Of a DNA stretch of 64,000 bases, positions 1-10,570 are shown in pieces. Both the position numbers and the translations under genes were made by a program. This DNA is from Frankiales bacterium (GTDB lineage Bacteria > Actinomycetota > Actinomycetes > Mycobacteriales > SCTD01), in NCBI GenBank assembly GCA_025965475.1, contig JAOPWV010000069.1, forward strand, positions 590 through 64,589, read 5' to 3'. Numbering within the stretch: position 1 is the stretch's first letter; each line of letters begins with the position of its first letter. Below the pieces are notes generated by a model that ran no database searches, was not told where the DNA came from, and worked only from the letters and a program-made list of their open reading frames with translations.

Positions 1-722
1 ACCTTGTGCGTCGCGACGACCAGGAGCTGGCAGGCGATCTCGCCCTCGGAGGTGCGGACCCCCCGGACGGCGCCGTTGGCGTCGCCGAGGATCTCCTCGA
101 GCTTGGTGTTGAAGTGCAGCTGGACGCCCATCTCGACCCAGGAGTCCTCGACGGGCTTCGCGATGTCGGGGTCGGTGGCCATCGACAGCGCCCACGGGGT
201 GGGGTCGACCAGATGGGTCTCGATCCCGCGATGCGCCAGCGCAGTCACCATCTCCAGCCCCAGCGGGCCGGCCTCCAGCACCACGGCGCTGCTCACGGAG
301 TCGAGGACCTTGTCCCACTCCATCGCCTCGCGGATGTTCTTCATGTAGTAGATGCCCGAGAGGTCGTTGCCGGGCACGTCGGGCTTGCCGTAGTTCCAGC
401 CGGTGCCGAGGACGAGGGCGTCGTAGTGCTCGGCACGACCGTCCACCGTGACGGTCTTGGCCGCGAAGTCGAGGTCGGTCACGACCGTCTCGTAGCGGAT
501 GTCGATCCCCTGGTCGGCGTACTGCTGCTTGGTCCCCAGGAACAGCCGCTCGAAGTCGGGGATCTCCTTGCCGTGCACGTAGGGGATGCCGCACGGGCTG
601 TACGCGGCGTCCTGGTACTCGGTGAAGACCGTGACCTCGGCGCCAGGGTCGGTGCCCTTTGCCGCGCCCGCAGCTCCGATGCCGGCCGCCCCTCCGCCGA
701 CGATCACGATGCGCTGGGCCAC
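1..722 (-). CDS. FAD-dependent pyridine nucleotide-disulfide oxidoreductase (NADH oxidase/CoA-disulfide reductase family), runs off window start
   Basis: Not in ORF track; read manually from GTG at 722 after GGAGA RBS: MAQRIVIVGGGAAGIGAAG (GxGxxG) ... AAYSPCGIPY (redox Cys motif) ... YDALVLGTG. Confidence 0.85.
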   Translation of the reverse strand, partial: MAQRIVIVGGGAAGIGAAGAAKGTDPGAEVTVFTEYQDAAYSPCGIPYVHGKEIPDFERLFLGTKQQYADQGIDIRYETVVTDLDFAAKTVTVDGRAEHYDALVLGTGWNYGKPDVPGNDLSGIYYMKNIREAMEWDKVLDSVSSAVVLEAGPLGLEMVTALAHRGIETHLVDPTPWALSMATDPDIAKPVEDSWVEMGVQLHFNTKLEEILGDANGAVRGVRTSEGEIACQLLVVATHK

Positions 723-1112
723 AGAGGGTCTCCTTCGGCGGGCATGACCCGCATGGACGTTGATTATGGAATATGAGACGTCCACTATGTTGGACAGACG
801 GGGTGCGTGGCGTCAAGCAGGGCACGCCGGAGTTTCTTCACGGCAGCATTGGATGACGCCCGCGGGACGCCCTCCCGGCGCGCTGCGCAACGCAGCCAAG
901 TCAGGACCAGGACCGGTCCGACCGCTCGCCCGACCTGGCGGCACCGACGTTGGGCACTCAGTCGCTCCAGGGTCGAAAGCCGTTGCGGATGGTCACCCAG
1001 ATCCTCGGCCCTCAGACCAGCACCAGTCGAACCTGAAGGTACAAACCAACATGTGCTCTGAGGTCGAGGGTCTTCTGGACCAGTTCTTCGGCGTCTCGGG
1101 CCTGCCCTTCGC

Positions 1113-2390
1113 CTATCCGACCGTGGGGAGAACCTCGGGCAGGTCGAGCAGGTGGCCCATCCGGTCCCGCTTGGTGCGCAGGTAGGAGACGTTCTCCGCG
1201 GTGACGTGGCTGGGTAGCGGCACCCGTCCGGCGATCGTGAGGCCGTAGCCCTCGAGTCCGGCACGCTTGGCCGGATTGTTGGTCAGCAGTCGCAGGGTGC
1301 GTACGCCCAGGTCGACCAGGATCTGCGCCCCGGTCCCGTAGTCGCGCGCGTCAGCGGGCAGGCCCAGGTACAGGTTGGCCTCGACCGTGTCCTGCCCGGC
1401 GTCCTGCAGTTGGTAGGCCTGCAGCTTGTGCAGCAGGCCGATGCCCCGGCCTTCGTGCCCGCGGATGTAGAGGACGACGCCGCGCCCCTCCTGCGCCACC
1501 GCACCCAGGGCGGCCTGCAGCTGCGGGCCGCAGTCGCAGCGCAGCGAGCCGAACACATCACCCGTGAGGCACTCGGAGTGCACCAGGACCAGGACGTCCT
1601 CGCCGTCGCCGATGTCGCCCATCACGAAGGCGACGTGCTCGCGCGCGTCGTACGAGGACCGGTAGCCGACGGCGGTGAACACGCCCGGGGTCAGCGGCAC
1701 GGTCGCCTCGGCGACCCGCTCGACCAGCGTGTCGAAGCGCCTGCGGTAGGCGATGAGGTCGGCGATGGAGATCAGGCAGAGGCCATGCTCACGGGCGAAC
1801 TCGCGCAGTTCCTCGCCGCGCGCCATGCCCGTCGGGTCCTGCTCGCTGACCAGCTCGCACAGCGTCCCGGAAGGGCGCAGCCCGGCGAGCACGGCGAGGT
1901 CGACGGCAGCTTCGGTGTGACCTGGCCGCCGCAGCACTCCCCCGTCCCGGGCGCGCAGTGGTACGACATGGCCTGGGCGCGCGAGGTCGACCGACATGGT
2001 CCCCTGGTCGGCGAGCAGCTGGATGGTGTGCGCCCGGTCCGCCGCCGAGATGCCGCTGGTCACGCCGTCGCGGGCGTCGACGGTGACGGTGTAGGCGGTG
2101 CCGCGACGGTCCTGGTTGACCCGGAACATCGGCGGCAGGTCGAGGCGGTCGGCATCGGCGTCGGTGACCGCGACGCAGATGTAGCCCGACGTATAGCGGA
2201 CCATGAACGCGACCAGCTCGGGGGTGGCCAGCTCTGAGGCGAAGATGAGATCGCCTTCGTTCTCGCGGTCCTCGTCATCCACGACGATGACGGGCCGGCC
2301 GCTCTTGATGGCGGCGATCGCGGCGTCGACCGACGCCCACTGCGGGCCGGTGTCCAGCTCCTCGACGTGCAGCTGCGGGTTGCCCGTCAT
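1113..2390 (-). CDS. ribBA: Bifunctional 3,4-dihydroxy-2-butanone-4-phosphate synthase / GTP cyclohydrolase II
   Basis: [43 protein letters not shown] and LTNNPAK motifs. Confidence 0.95.
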   Translation of the reverse strand: MTGNPQLHVEELDTGPQWASVDAAIAAIKSGRPVIVVDDEDRENEGDLIFASELATPELVAFMVRYTSGYICVAVTDADADRLDLPPMFRVNQDRRGTAYTVTVDARDGVTSGISAADRAHTIQLLADQGTMSVDLARPGHVVPLRARDGGVLRRPGHTEAAVDLAVLAGLRPSGTLCELVSEQDPTGMARGEELREFAREHGLCLISIADLIAYRRRFDTLVERVAEATVPLTPGVFTAVGYRSSYDAREHVAFVMGDIGDGEDVLVLVHSECLTGDVFGSLRCDCGPQLQAALGAVAQEGRGVVLYIRGHEGRGIGLLHKLQAYQLQDAGQDTVEANLYLGLPADARDYGTGAQILVDLGVRTLRLLTNNPAKRAGLEGYGLTIAGRVPLPSHVTAENVSYLRTKRDRMGHLLDLPEVLPTVG

Positions 2391-2884
2391 CAGCGGACCA
2401 GCGTCGTGAAGCCGGAGCGGTACCAGACGAGCGGCTGGTGCGCCATGTCGTCGTGCAACGCGAGCACGCGCAGGACGACGATGTCGTGGTCACCTGCTGC
2501 GTGGACGTTCTCCACGGAGCATTCGAGCAAGACGGGAGCCTCATCCAGGAAGACCGCGCCTGAGGGCACGGCGACGGAGGCGACCCCCGTCAGCCGGCCG
2601 TGGCGCTCCTTGCTCGCGAGCTGCCTCGCCTTCGGTGCGTGCGCCTCCCCCAGGACCGACACTCCCAGCGTCGGTGCCGTGGCGAGAACCGGCCAGGTGG
2701 TGGAGCTCCGCTGCACCGCGAACATGACCAGCGGCGGGTTCTGGGACACGCCGACGGTGAACGACGACACGACCATGACGGTCGGCGTGCCGTCGATGTC
2801 TGCGGCGACCGCCGCCACACCGGACGGGAAACCGGCGAACGCCTGCCGCAGAGCGGTCACGTCCGTGCCGACCGAAACGAGCAT
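2390..2884 (-). CDS. Flavin reductase family protein (reductase partner of a two-component monooxygenase)
   Basis: [33 protein letters not shown]; stop overlaps ribBA start. Confidence 0.9.
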   Translation of the reverse strand: MLVSVGTDVTALRQAFAGFPSGVAAVAADIDGTPTVMVVSSFTVGVSQNPPLVMFAVQRSSTTWPVLATAPTLGVSVLGEAHAPKARQLASKERHGRLTGVASVAVPSGAVFLDEAPVLLECSVENVHAAGDHDIVVLRVLALHDDMAHQPLVWYRSGFTTLVR

Positions 2885-2910
2885 GGTGACGACCTTTCGG
2901 GGCGGGGAGC

Positions 2911-3219
2911 CTAAGCCTGTGGTGCCGGCGCGAGTACTTCTCGGGTGACGCGTACGAGCTGCACGCCGGCCCCTGCGAAGTTCACGAGGTCCGCGGCGGC
3001 AGCCGAGCCTTCGGCAGAGGCGAAGGCGACGTCTGCATGCGCTTCGTCGGCGAAGGTCATGCGGGCCACCACGTGGGCCTCCGGGATGTCCCCGTAGCCC
3101 CAGCTGAACTCCGCGAGCCCCGGCATCGCCCGGGACAGGGGCACGTGGACGGTGCGGTAGCGCACGTCGAACGCCGACGCATCCTCCGGTGGGGCGTAGA
3201 TCGCAAAGACGTCGAACAC
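2911..3219 (-). CDS. EthD family reductase-like protein
   Basis: AFDVRYRTVHVPL..MPGL and SAEGSAAAADLVNFAG pattern, 102 aa. Confidence 0.85.
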   Translation of the reverse strand: MFDVFAIYAPPEDASAFDVRYRTVHVPLSRAMPGLAEFSWGYGDIPEAHVVARMTFADEAHADVAFASAEGSAAAADLVNFAGAGVQLVRVTREVLAPAPQA

Positions 3220-3446
3220 GGCGACCCCTTCTCGTCCGCGGGCGGAGTCCGATCGGCCTCGGATACCGCAGGGGGACCGTAGTCCGCGCTGTAACGGCTA
3301 TGCAAGACCTGATTCCGCTCTTTTCACGGGCGCCAGTGTCGTGTTACGTTCCGACGTGACGGGCGTCACTCCGCTGAGCGGGTGGCCCCACTGCCTCGTC
3401 TTCGTCAGCGCGTCTTCGTCAGATCCACTCCTCGAATGGAGCAGCT

Positions 3447-4931
3447 GTGACCGCGACCACTCCCCTTTCCGGTCTCCTCCCGGAAGCCGAGCGCTTCATC
3501 TCGCAGCCGGCGGTGCCGGCTGCAGCCGCGCACCACGACGGCCCGTGGATTCCTACACACGATCCGTCGACGGGACGGGAGATCACGCAGGTGGCCGCCT
3601 GTTCACCGCAGGAGGTCGACGCGGCCGTCCGCGCGGCGCACGACGCGTTCACCGTCTCGTGGGGGCGGATGTCGCCCGTTGCCCGGGAACGGGTGCTCCA
3701 CCGTCTGGCGGACCTGATCGAGGAGCACGCTCTCGAGCTCGCGCAGTACGACGCGTTGGAGAGCGGCAAGCCGGTGGCCTTCGTCCAGGCCATCGACATC
3801 GGCCTTGCGGTGGAGCAGTTCCGGTACTACGCCGGCTGGCCGACGAAGATCACCGGCACCGTCGTACCGGTCGCAGATCCTTCTGCGCACGTGTACACCA
3901 CGCGACGGCCGTACGGCGTCGTCGCCGCGATCACGCCGTGGAACTTCCCGTTGTGCCAGGCCGCCATCAAGATCGCCCCGGCCCTGGCGGCCGGAAACAC
4001 CGTCGTCCTCAAGCCCTCGGAGCTGACGTCGCTGTCGACGCTCCGGCTGGCGGAGCTGGCGCTCGAGGCGGGGCTGCCGGAGGGAACCCTGTCCGTGATC
4101 ACCGGCCCAGGGAGTGGGGCCGGAACGGCGCTGGTCACCCATGCGCTCGTGCCGGCGATCTCCTTCACCGGCTCGGAGGCGGTGGGCCGACACCTCGCGT
4201 CCCAGGCCGGCGCCGCGCTCAAGCACATCTCGCTCGAGCTGGGCGGAAAGAACCCGAACGTGATCTTTGCCGACGCCGACATCCAGGCGGCTGCGTCAGC
4301 GGCTGCCGCGACGGCCTTCTTCTACACCGGCCAGGTGTGTTTCGCCGGATCGCGGCTCCTGGTGCAGGAGAACGTCCTGGACGAGGTGCTGCAGGTGGTT
4401 CACGACCACGCCGCCGCGCTGGTGGTCGGACCCGGGCTGTCGGCCGACTCGACGATGGGGCCGCTGGTCTCCTCGGCGCATCGCGACAAGGTGCGCCGGT
4501 ACGTCGACGAGGCCGCCCGCGCCGGAGCCGACATCACCACCGGCGGACATGACATCGGCGGCGAGCTCGCCGGCGGCTTCTTCTTCGAACCGACGGTGGT
4601 GCTCAATCCGACGGACGATTCGCCGGTCGCCTCGGAGGAGGTATTCGGGCCGGTGCTCGTCGTGCAGACCTTCAGCGACGAGGACGAGCTGCTTCGGCGG
4701 GCGAACGCCACGCCGTACGGCCTGACGGCGGGGCTCTGGACGCGTGATGTCGGCCGGGCTCACGCTCTTGCCGACCGGCTCGAGGCCGGCACGGTGTGGG
4801 TGAACACGTATGGCGACTTCAGCGCGTCAGCCCCGTGGGGCGGAGCCAAGGCCTCCGGCCTCGGCCGGGACTGCGGGCCGGACGGGCTCAACAAGTACCT
4901 GGAGACCAAGAGCGTCTGGGTTGCGGGGTGA
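3447..4931 (+). CDS. NAD(P)-dependent aldehyde dehydrogenase
   Basis: ITPWNFP, LKPSE, FTGS, LELGGKNP (Glu), GQVCFAGSR (Cys), EEVFGP. Confidence 0.95.
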   Translation: MTATTPLSGLLPEAERFISQPAVPAAAAHHDGPWIPTHDPSTGREITQVAACSPQEVDAAVRAAHDAFTVSWGRMSPVARERVLHRLADLIEEHALELAQYDALESGKPVAFVQAIDIGLAVEQFRYYAGWPTKITGTVVPVADPSAHVYTTRRPYGVVAAITPWNFPLCQAAIKIAPALAAGNTVVLKPSELTSLSTLRLAELALEAGLPEGTLSVITGPGSGAGTALVTHALVPAISFTGSEAVGRHLASQAGAALKHISLELGGKNPNVIFADADIQAAASAAAATAFFYTGQVCFAGSRLLVQENVLDEVLQVVHDHAAALVVGPGLSADSTMGPLVSSAHRDKVRRYVDEAARAGADITTGGHDIGGELAGGFFFEPTVVLNPTDDSPVASEEVFGPVLVVQTFSDEDELLRRANATPYGLTAGLWTRDVGRAHALADRLEAGTVWVNTYGDFSASAPWGGAKASGLGRDCGPDGLNKYLETKSVWVAG

Positions 4932-4942
4932 GCCACCGCCGG

Positions 4943-5974
4943 TCAGGCCGGCTGGTACGGCAGCAGCGGCTTGTACAGCAGGTCCAGGTAGATGGACACG
5001 TCGACGGAGGCGACGCCGTCTATGGCGCGCACCTCGTTGTCGATGAGCGCCAGCAGGCTCTCGCGGTGCTCGCAGACCACCTCGGCCAGGACATCGCCCC
5101 GGCCGGCCGTGATCGCGACGTAGGAGACAGCGCCCAGCGCGGTCAGGCGTTCGGCGACATCGAGGGCTCGTGCTTCCGGAGCGAGCCGGATCGCGAGCCA
5201 GGCCGTTGCGGCGTACCCCAACGTGAGCGGGTTCGCGATGGACATGACCTTCACGACACCCGAGCTGGTCAGGCGCTGGAACCGCTGCCGGACCATCGTC
5301 TCCGAGACGCCCAGCCGCGCCGCTACGTCGCTGAAGGGGGTACGGCCGTCGAGGGCCAACTGCGTCACGATGGAGCGGTCGACCTCGTCCATGACGGTCG
5401 GCCGCACACCCGGCGTCGCCTTGAGACGCTCGGCATTGAAGCGGGCCTGCTGGTAGTGCAGCCGGAGATACGGCAGGACGTCCACGCCGGCTACGCCCGG
5501 CAGCGCACGGAACTTCGTGTCGACCAACGAGCGCAGCGCTGCGGAGTCCCGGCACAGCACCTCCACCTGCAGCGCAAACGGACCCGTCGTGACGGTGACG
5601 TAGTCGACCTCGGGCAGTTTCACGATCCGGGCCGCGAGCTCGTCAGTGCTCGCACCGTGGCCCAGGACCAGCCCCAGCAGGGCCATGGCGGCATAACCCA
5701 GCACTTCCGGATCCGTGACCGCAGCGATCTGCAGGACCCCGCGTTCCTGCAACCCCGCCACCTTGCGGCGGGCCGTCCGCTCGGTCACCCCGAGGCGCCG
5801 CGCCAACTCCGCGTAAGGGGCTCTGCCGTCCTCCTGGAGCAGGTCCACCAGCTGGAGCTCCACCGCGTCGAGCGCCGGTCCGGCGGGCGCAGTCCGCATG
5901 ACCGATGGCTGCACCGGCACCGGCTCCCCCAGCGCCTCTCCCGGACGCGACTGCTTAGCGGGCTGCGCTGACAC
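4943..5974 (-). CDS. Tandem (double) Lrp/AsnC family transcriptional regulator
   Basis: Two HTH-AsnC units (LQEDGRAPYAELARRLG; LALDGRTPFSDVAARLG); start may lie further downstream. Confidence 0.9.
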   Translation of the reverse strand: MSAQPAKQSRPGEALGEPVPVQPSVMRTAPAGPALDAVELQLVDLLQEDGRAPYAELARRLGVTERTARRKVAGLQERGVLQIAAVTDPEVLGYAAMALLGLVLGHGASTDELAARIVKLPEVDYVTVTTGPFALQVEVLCRDSAALRSLVDTKFRALPGVAGVDVLPYLRLHYQQARFNAERLKATPGVRPTVMDEVDRSIVTQLALDGRTPFSDVAARLGVSETMVRQRFQRLTSSGVVKVMSIANPLTLGYAATAWLAIRLAPEARALDVAERLTALGAVSYVAITAGRGDVLAEVVCEHRESLLALIDNEVRAIDGVASVDVSIYLDLLYKPLLPYQPA

Positions 5975-6072
5975 AGCCGCAATCTACAGCCAACGCGGAA
6001 TGGCACAGCGCGACGCCCGAACTGCCCCTGCGTGACCCGCGCGGGGCGCCTCGACCGAAGGAGACAACAGAC

Positions 6073-7146
6073 ATGCGCGTAGGCCTGCTTCAGGAAGGCG
6101 ACCTCGTTGGCACCGATGTCGCCAGCCGCTATCACCAGATGATCGAGGAGGTGCGCCTGGCCGACCGGATGGGCTTCAGCACCTGGGGAACTTCGGAGCA
6201 GCACTTCAGCCCGCCGCACTTCTCGGTCGCGGCCCCCGAGGTTCTCTACGCGGCCATTGCCGCCCAGACCGAGAACATCAAGCTGCGAACGATGGCCTCG
6301 GTACTGCTCAGCTGGAACCACCCCATCCTCATCGCGGAGCGCCTCGCCACTCTGGACATCGTCTCCCGGGGCCGCGCGGAGATCTGTACGGCCCGGAGCA
6401 ACAACCTGCACACGCTCGCGGCCTTCGGGGTCGATCCGTCGACGACCCGCGCGCAGTGGGAGGACGGCATGGACCTTCTGATGAAGGCGATCAGCCAGCC
6501 CGTGGTGGAACACGACGGGCCCGTGTGGAAGGTGCCCAGCCGCGAGATGATGCCCACTCCGGTCACCAAGCCGCACCCGCCCGTCTCCGTCGCTGCATCG
6601 AGCGTCCAGTCCCACGGCAATGCGGGTACGCGCGGGATCGGCGTGATCACGTTCGACAACTACTTCGGCTTCGAGTACCTCGACGAGTGCCTGTCCGAGT
6701 ACCGGACGACCTTCGACTCGAGCGACCACCAGCAGGTCATGGCACCGAACGACTACCGCGGCCTCTACGTCGCGACTGCGTTCTGCGCCCCCACCAAGGC
6801 TGAGGCGCTCGAGGTGGCCGGCGGCATCGCGAAGACCTATTTCGACTTCATCCTCGACCTCTACGTGCCGCTGGCCGACAACCCCGGCTACGAGTACCTC
6901 GAGCGCATCAAGCTGCTCATCGAGCACCGTGACGACATGGCGTGGCTGTGCGAGAACACCCCGGCTGTCATGATCGGCGATCCCGAGGACTTCATCCAGC
7001 GCATCAAGCAGCTGGAGTCGATGGGTATCGACGAGCTGCTGCTGCGCGTCGACGGCGTCGGGCACGACCAGATCATGCGCTGTCTCGAGCTGATCGGTCA
7101 CGAGGTCATTCCGGTGGTCGACCCGACGGCCGGAGCTGTCCGGTGA
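6073..7146 (+). CDS. LLM (luciferase-like) flavin-dependent monooxygenase
   Basis: ADRMGFSTWGTSEQHF, HPILIAERLATLDIVSRGR, PVTKPHPP, IGDPED; AAGGAG RBS. Confidence 0.9.
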   Translation: MRVGLLQEGDLVGTDVASRYHQMIEEVRLADRMGFSTWGTSEQHFSPPHFSVAAPEVLYAAIAAQTENIKLRTMASVLLSWNHPILIAERLATLDIVSRGRAEICTARSNNLHTLAAFGVDPSTTRAQWEDGMDLLMKAISQPVVEHDGPVWKVPSREMMPTPVTKPHPPVSVAASSVQSHGNAGTRGIGVITFDNYFGFEYLDECLSEYRTTFDSSDHQQVMAPNDYRGLYVATAFCAPTKAEALEVAGGIAKTYFDFILDLYVPLADNPGYEYLERIKLLIEHRDDMAWLCENTPAVMIGDPEDFIQRIKQLESMGIDELLLRVDGVGHDQIMRCLELIGHEVIPVVDPTAGAVR

Positions 7147-7373
7147 ACGCAGAGGACCGGCTCCACCGGGCCGGTGTCGACGGCGAACTCGACGGTCGGG
7201 CTGTGCTGGAGCACGACGCGGCGTCGGAGGCGACCGAACTGGCTCGCCGCTGCAGCTTGATCGAAGAACTGGACCTCCAAGGCCTGCCGCTGCTGCGGCG
7301 CGACTACGTGACTCTCGTCGTCGCGACCGTGCTCATCCCGATCGTCCTCATCATCGTTGGGAACCTGAAATGA
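7143..7373 (+). CDS. Small single-TM membrane protein (76 aa)
   Basis: GTGA overlap with LLM stop, ATGA overlap with permease start; C-terminal YVTLVVATVLIPIVLIIVG helix. Confidence 0.7.
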   Translation: MNAEDRLHRAGVDGELDGRAVLEHDAASEATELARRCSLIEELDLQGLPLLRRDYVTLVVATVLIPIVLIIVGNLK

Positions 7374-8875
7374 GCGCGCACGAGACCTCGGCCCAGCACG
7401 CGGCCCTGCAGAACGGCTGGCCGCAGACGCGTCAGGAGCGTCACTGGAGCGGCACGAACATCTTCGGGACAGCGATCGCCACCGCGATCGCGACCTGGTG
7501 CTTCATCATCGGCGGCTTCGTCAGTTTCTATCTTGCCGCCGCGCCGGGCACGCTCGCTGTCCTGGCCGGTTCGCTGATCGGCATGCTGTTCATCGTGCTG
7601 GCGCTGCTGCCCGTATGCGGCAAGTACGGGATCGACTCAGCGGTCTCGACCCGCCCGCAGTTCGGCGTGCGCGGCTCGCTCTTGTCCGTCGTCCTGATCT
7701 ACGGCTCGACGCTCGGCTGGAACATCATCCTGTTCATCTTCATGGGCCGCGCGACCAACTCGATCCTCAAGGGGTTCGGGGTGCATCCCCCCGGGTGGGT
7801 CACCGGCGCCGCCGGCGTGGCGGGCATCCTGCTCGCCCTGCTGGCCCTACGGCGAGGGCCCGAGTCGCTGAAGGACTTCGGGCCCCCGATCGCCGTTCTG
7901 ACTCTGGTGCTGGGCGTCGTGGTGATGTACCTGCTGGTCCACAAACTGGGCGTCCAGAAGCTGCTCCATGCTCATGCGGTGGCGCCTGCGGCATCGCGCC
8001 GGGTGAACTGGGCCAGTGGCGTCGAGGTACTCGTCGCCTCCAACCTGTCGTGGTGGGCGTACACCGGCGGCATCGTCCGGAACGGCCCGTCGGCCCGGAA
8101 GGCGATGTGGCCGCTGATCACCGGTCTGGGGCTCGGCGTGGGCGTCGGCTCGCTCGCCGGTTTCTACGCCGGCCTGGTGATCCCGACGTCGGGCGGTGAC
8201 CCCACCCAGTTCCTGATCCAGACGGGCGGCAACGTCATCGGGGTCATCCTGCTCGTCTTCGTGATCATCGCCGACTTGGGCACGGTGGTGGTGGGGGTCT
8301 ACTCGTCCGCCATCGGCTTGCGTCAGGTGGCCGGCGTGTCGAAGCTCTCGTGGAACGCGACGACGCTGCTGGCGGTCCTTCCTGCGTTCGTCATCGTCGG
8401 GATCTTCCCCGACCAGGTCTTCGACCGCTTCGGAACCTTCCTCGCCTTCCTCGGGGTGTGCTTCGGTCCGGTCTGCGGCATCCAGATCGCCGACTACTTC
8501 CTGCTTCGCCGTCAGACGCTGGATGCGCACGGCCTGTATGACCGGACGCGTGCCGGCGCCTACCGGTACTGGGCGGGCTTCAATCCGGTCGGCTTCGTGT
8601 CCTTCGCCGCGGGCGTCGTGGTGTATCTCTATCTGCTCGACCCGGTGACGTATTCGTCTCGCACGCCGTTCGAGTTCCTGGGGGCGTCGATCCCCTCGGT
8701 GTTCGTCGCCGGGCTCGTCTACTACGTCGGCACCCGGCTGGTCCTCGTTCCAGCGCGTCGCGGCGGTTACGAGCACCTCGAGCCTGCCGGCCGTGCGCTG
8801 CGCAGCCAGCGTCGTATCGGCCCGGACCCGCAACCGGGAGCGGCTTCCACGGCCACGGTGCCGGACACCCTGTGA
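7370..8875 (+). CDS. NCS1 purine/cytosine permease family transporter
   Basis: Many TM helices, KYGID..RPQFGVRGS, IADYFLLRRQ, YWAGFNP. Confidence 0.88.
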   Translation: MSAHETSAQHAALQNGWPQTRQERHWSGTNIFGTAIATAIATWCFIIGGFVSFYLAAAPGTLAVLAGSLIGMLFIVLALLPVCGKYGIDSAVSTRPQFGVRGSLLSVVLIYGSTLGWNIILFIFMGRATNSILKGFGVHPPGWVTGAAGVAGILLALLALRRGPESLKDFGPPIAVLTLVLGVVVMYLLVHKLGVQKLLHAHAVAPAASRRVNWASGVEVLVASNLSWWAYTGGIVRNGPSARKAMWPLITGLGLGVGVGSLAGFYAGLVIPTSGGDPTQFLIQTGGNVIGVILLVFVIIADLGTVVVGVYSSAIGLRQVAGVSKLSWNATTLLAVLPAFVIVGIFPDQVFDRFGTFLAFLGVCFGPVCGIQIADYFLLRRQTLDAHGLYDRTRAGAYRYWAGFNPVGFVSFAAGVVVYLYLLDPVTYSSRTPFEFLGASIPSVFVAGLVYYVGTRLVLVPARRGGYEHLEPAGRALRSQRRIGPDPQPGAASTATVPDTL

Positions 8876-10545
8876 GCTCCGGAGGGACCCCGGCCGACAC
8901 CGTCCTCGTCGGCCGGGCGATCACGATGAGCCCAGCTCATGACCGGCTGGGTCCCGTGGCGGTCGGCATACGGGACGGGCTCATCTCCGCCGTGGTGCCG
9001 GCCGAGCGGCGCGACACACTGATCGGGCCAGGGACGGCCGTGGTCGAGGCCGGCGATGGCGTGATCCTGCCGGGCTTCGTGGACCCGCACGTGCACTCCG
9101 AAGTCGCTGCTCGCACGCGCTCCCTGACGGTTGACTGCCGAGCCCCAGGGTGCCGAAGCATCGCCGACGTCCTCGACCTGCTCACGTCGGCCCTGCCGCA
9201 GGCGCGGGACGGCTGGCTCGTGGGCGAGGCGAACCTCTTCTTCGACCGCAAGCTGACCGATGGCAGATTTCCCACCCGCCAGGAACTCGACAGCGTGAGC
9301 CGGTCGGTGGCCATCGCGCTGCGCTGCGGTGGACACCTGAGCGTGTTGAACTCCAAGGCCCTGGAGCTGGCCGGCATCGACAGCTGCTATGAGGCGGCGA
9401 ACTACAGCATCACCGGTCTGCCTACGGTCGAGCGCGACTCCTCAGGGGCACCCACCGGCGTGGTCAAGGAGATGGACAATCTCTTGCCGTTGCCCGATCT
9501 CGACGCGGGAGAACTGCGACGCGCCATCGAAGAGGGCGTCACTGACCTCTTCACCCGCCACGGGGTGACCACGCTCGGAGAGATCTCCGAGACGGCGGCC
9601 GGTATCCGGTGTTACGACGCCGCCCTGGCGTCCGGAGCAGTTGCCGCCCGCATGCACTTCTACCTCTGGGTTCCCGGTACGACCACCCTCGACGAAGCCT
9701 GCCGGCACCCTGACTGGCTCACCTTCACGGTGGGGCGGGAGCTCGCCCGCATCCAGGGCGTCAAGATGTTCAGCGACGGCGGGTACTCCGCCGCCTCGGC
9801 CGCCATGAAACGTCCCTATGTGCTGCCCGAGCTCGGCCCGGACCATCACGGACACGTCGCGCTCAGCCGCGAGCAGTTGATCGACGCGCTACGGCGCACC
9901 GCAGCTGCCGGGCTGCAGCTCGCCGTACATGCCAACGGCGACCGGGCCCAGGAAGCGGTGTGCGACGCCTTTGCGGAGGTCTTGCCCGACGTACGGGGCG
10001 CGCAGCCAGCGCCCCGGATCGAGCACGCCGGCAACTTCATACCCGACTATGCCGGCACCACTGCCGCCTGGCGCCGGGCCGGCATCATCCCCTGTCCCCA
10101 GCCGGTCTTCATCCGGAACTTCGGGGAGTTCGTCCCCGGGTACGTCGGCGCCTACGCGCGCCGCGGCCAGTTCCCGTTCCGTCGGCTGCTCGACGACGGC
10201 TGGCCGATATCGGCCAGCTCAGACGTGTGGATCGGCTCGGACCAGGGGCAGACGAACCCGTTCCTCAGCATCGCCAGCTGCGTGGCGCGGGCCGACTTCC
10301 ACGGCAATCCCCTCGAGCCCGATCAGGCGATCACGGTCGATGAGGCCTTGAGAATGCACACGCTTCACGCGGCAGCCGCGCTCGGCGAGGAGGGCACGCG
10401 CGGATCGATCGAGCCCGGCAAGTTCGCGGACATCATCGTGGTCGACCGGGATCCTCGGACGTGCCCGCCGGAGGCACTGCCGGACGTGCGGGTCGAGCAG
10501 GTCTACCTGGGCGGCCGGCTCGTCCACCAACAGGCCACGGTCTGA
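8872..10545 (+). CDS. YtcJ-like metal amidohydrolase (N-substituted formamide deformylase NfdA family)
   Basis: LPGFVDPHVH, KMFSDG, VHANGD, RIEHAG, SSD, GSIEPGKFADI. Confidence 0.85.
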   Translation: MSSGGTPADTVLVGRAITMSPAHDRLGPVAVGIRDGLISAVVPAERRDTLIGPGTAVVEAGDGVILPGFVDPHVHSEVAARTRSLTVDCRAPGCRSIADVLDLLTSALPQARDGWLVGEANLFFDRKLTDGRFPTRQELDSVSRSVAIALRCGGHLSVLNSKALELAGIDSCYEAANYSITGLPTVERDSSGAPTGVVKEMDNLLPLPDLDAGELRRAIEEGVTDLFTRHGVTTLGEISETAAGIRCYDAALASGAVAARMHFYLWVPGTTTLDEACRHPDWLTFTVGRELARIQGVKMFSDGGYSAASAAMKRPYVLPELGPDHHGHVALSREQLIDALRRTAAAGLQLAVHANGDRAQEAVCDAFAEVLPDVRGAQPAPRIEHAGNFIPDYAGTTAAWRRAGIIPCPQPVFIRNFGEFVPGYVGAYARRGQFPFRRLLDDGWPISASSDVWIGSDQGQTNPFLSIASCVARADFHGNPLEPDQAITVDEALRMHTLHAAAALGEEGTRGSIEPGKFADIIVVDRDPRTCPPEALPDVRVEQVYLGGRLVHQQATV

Positions 10546-10570
10546 CGCGTACGCCATCGGCCGGGGTCCG

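Noticed and set aside
760-1185. 141-aa plus-strand ORF in the oxidoreductase-ribBA gap
   Set aside because: No RBS or motif, low-complexity translation; more likely promoter DNA (short GTCCA-N6-TGGAC dyad near 780)
3220-3446. FMN riboswitch ahead of the ethD-reductase-ribBA operon
   Set aside because: No FMN aptamer consensus visible; region looks like a divergent promoter
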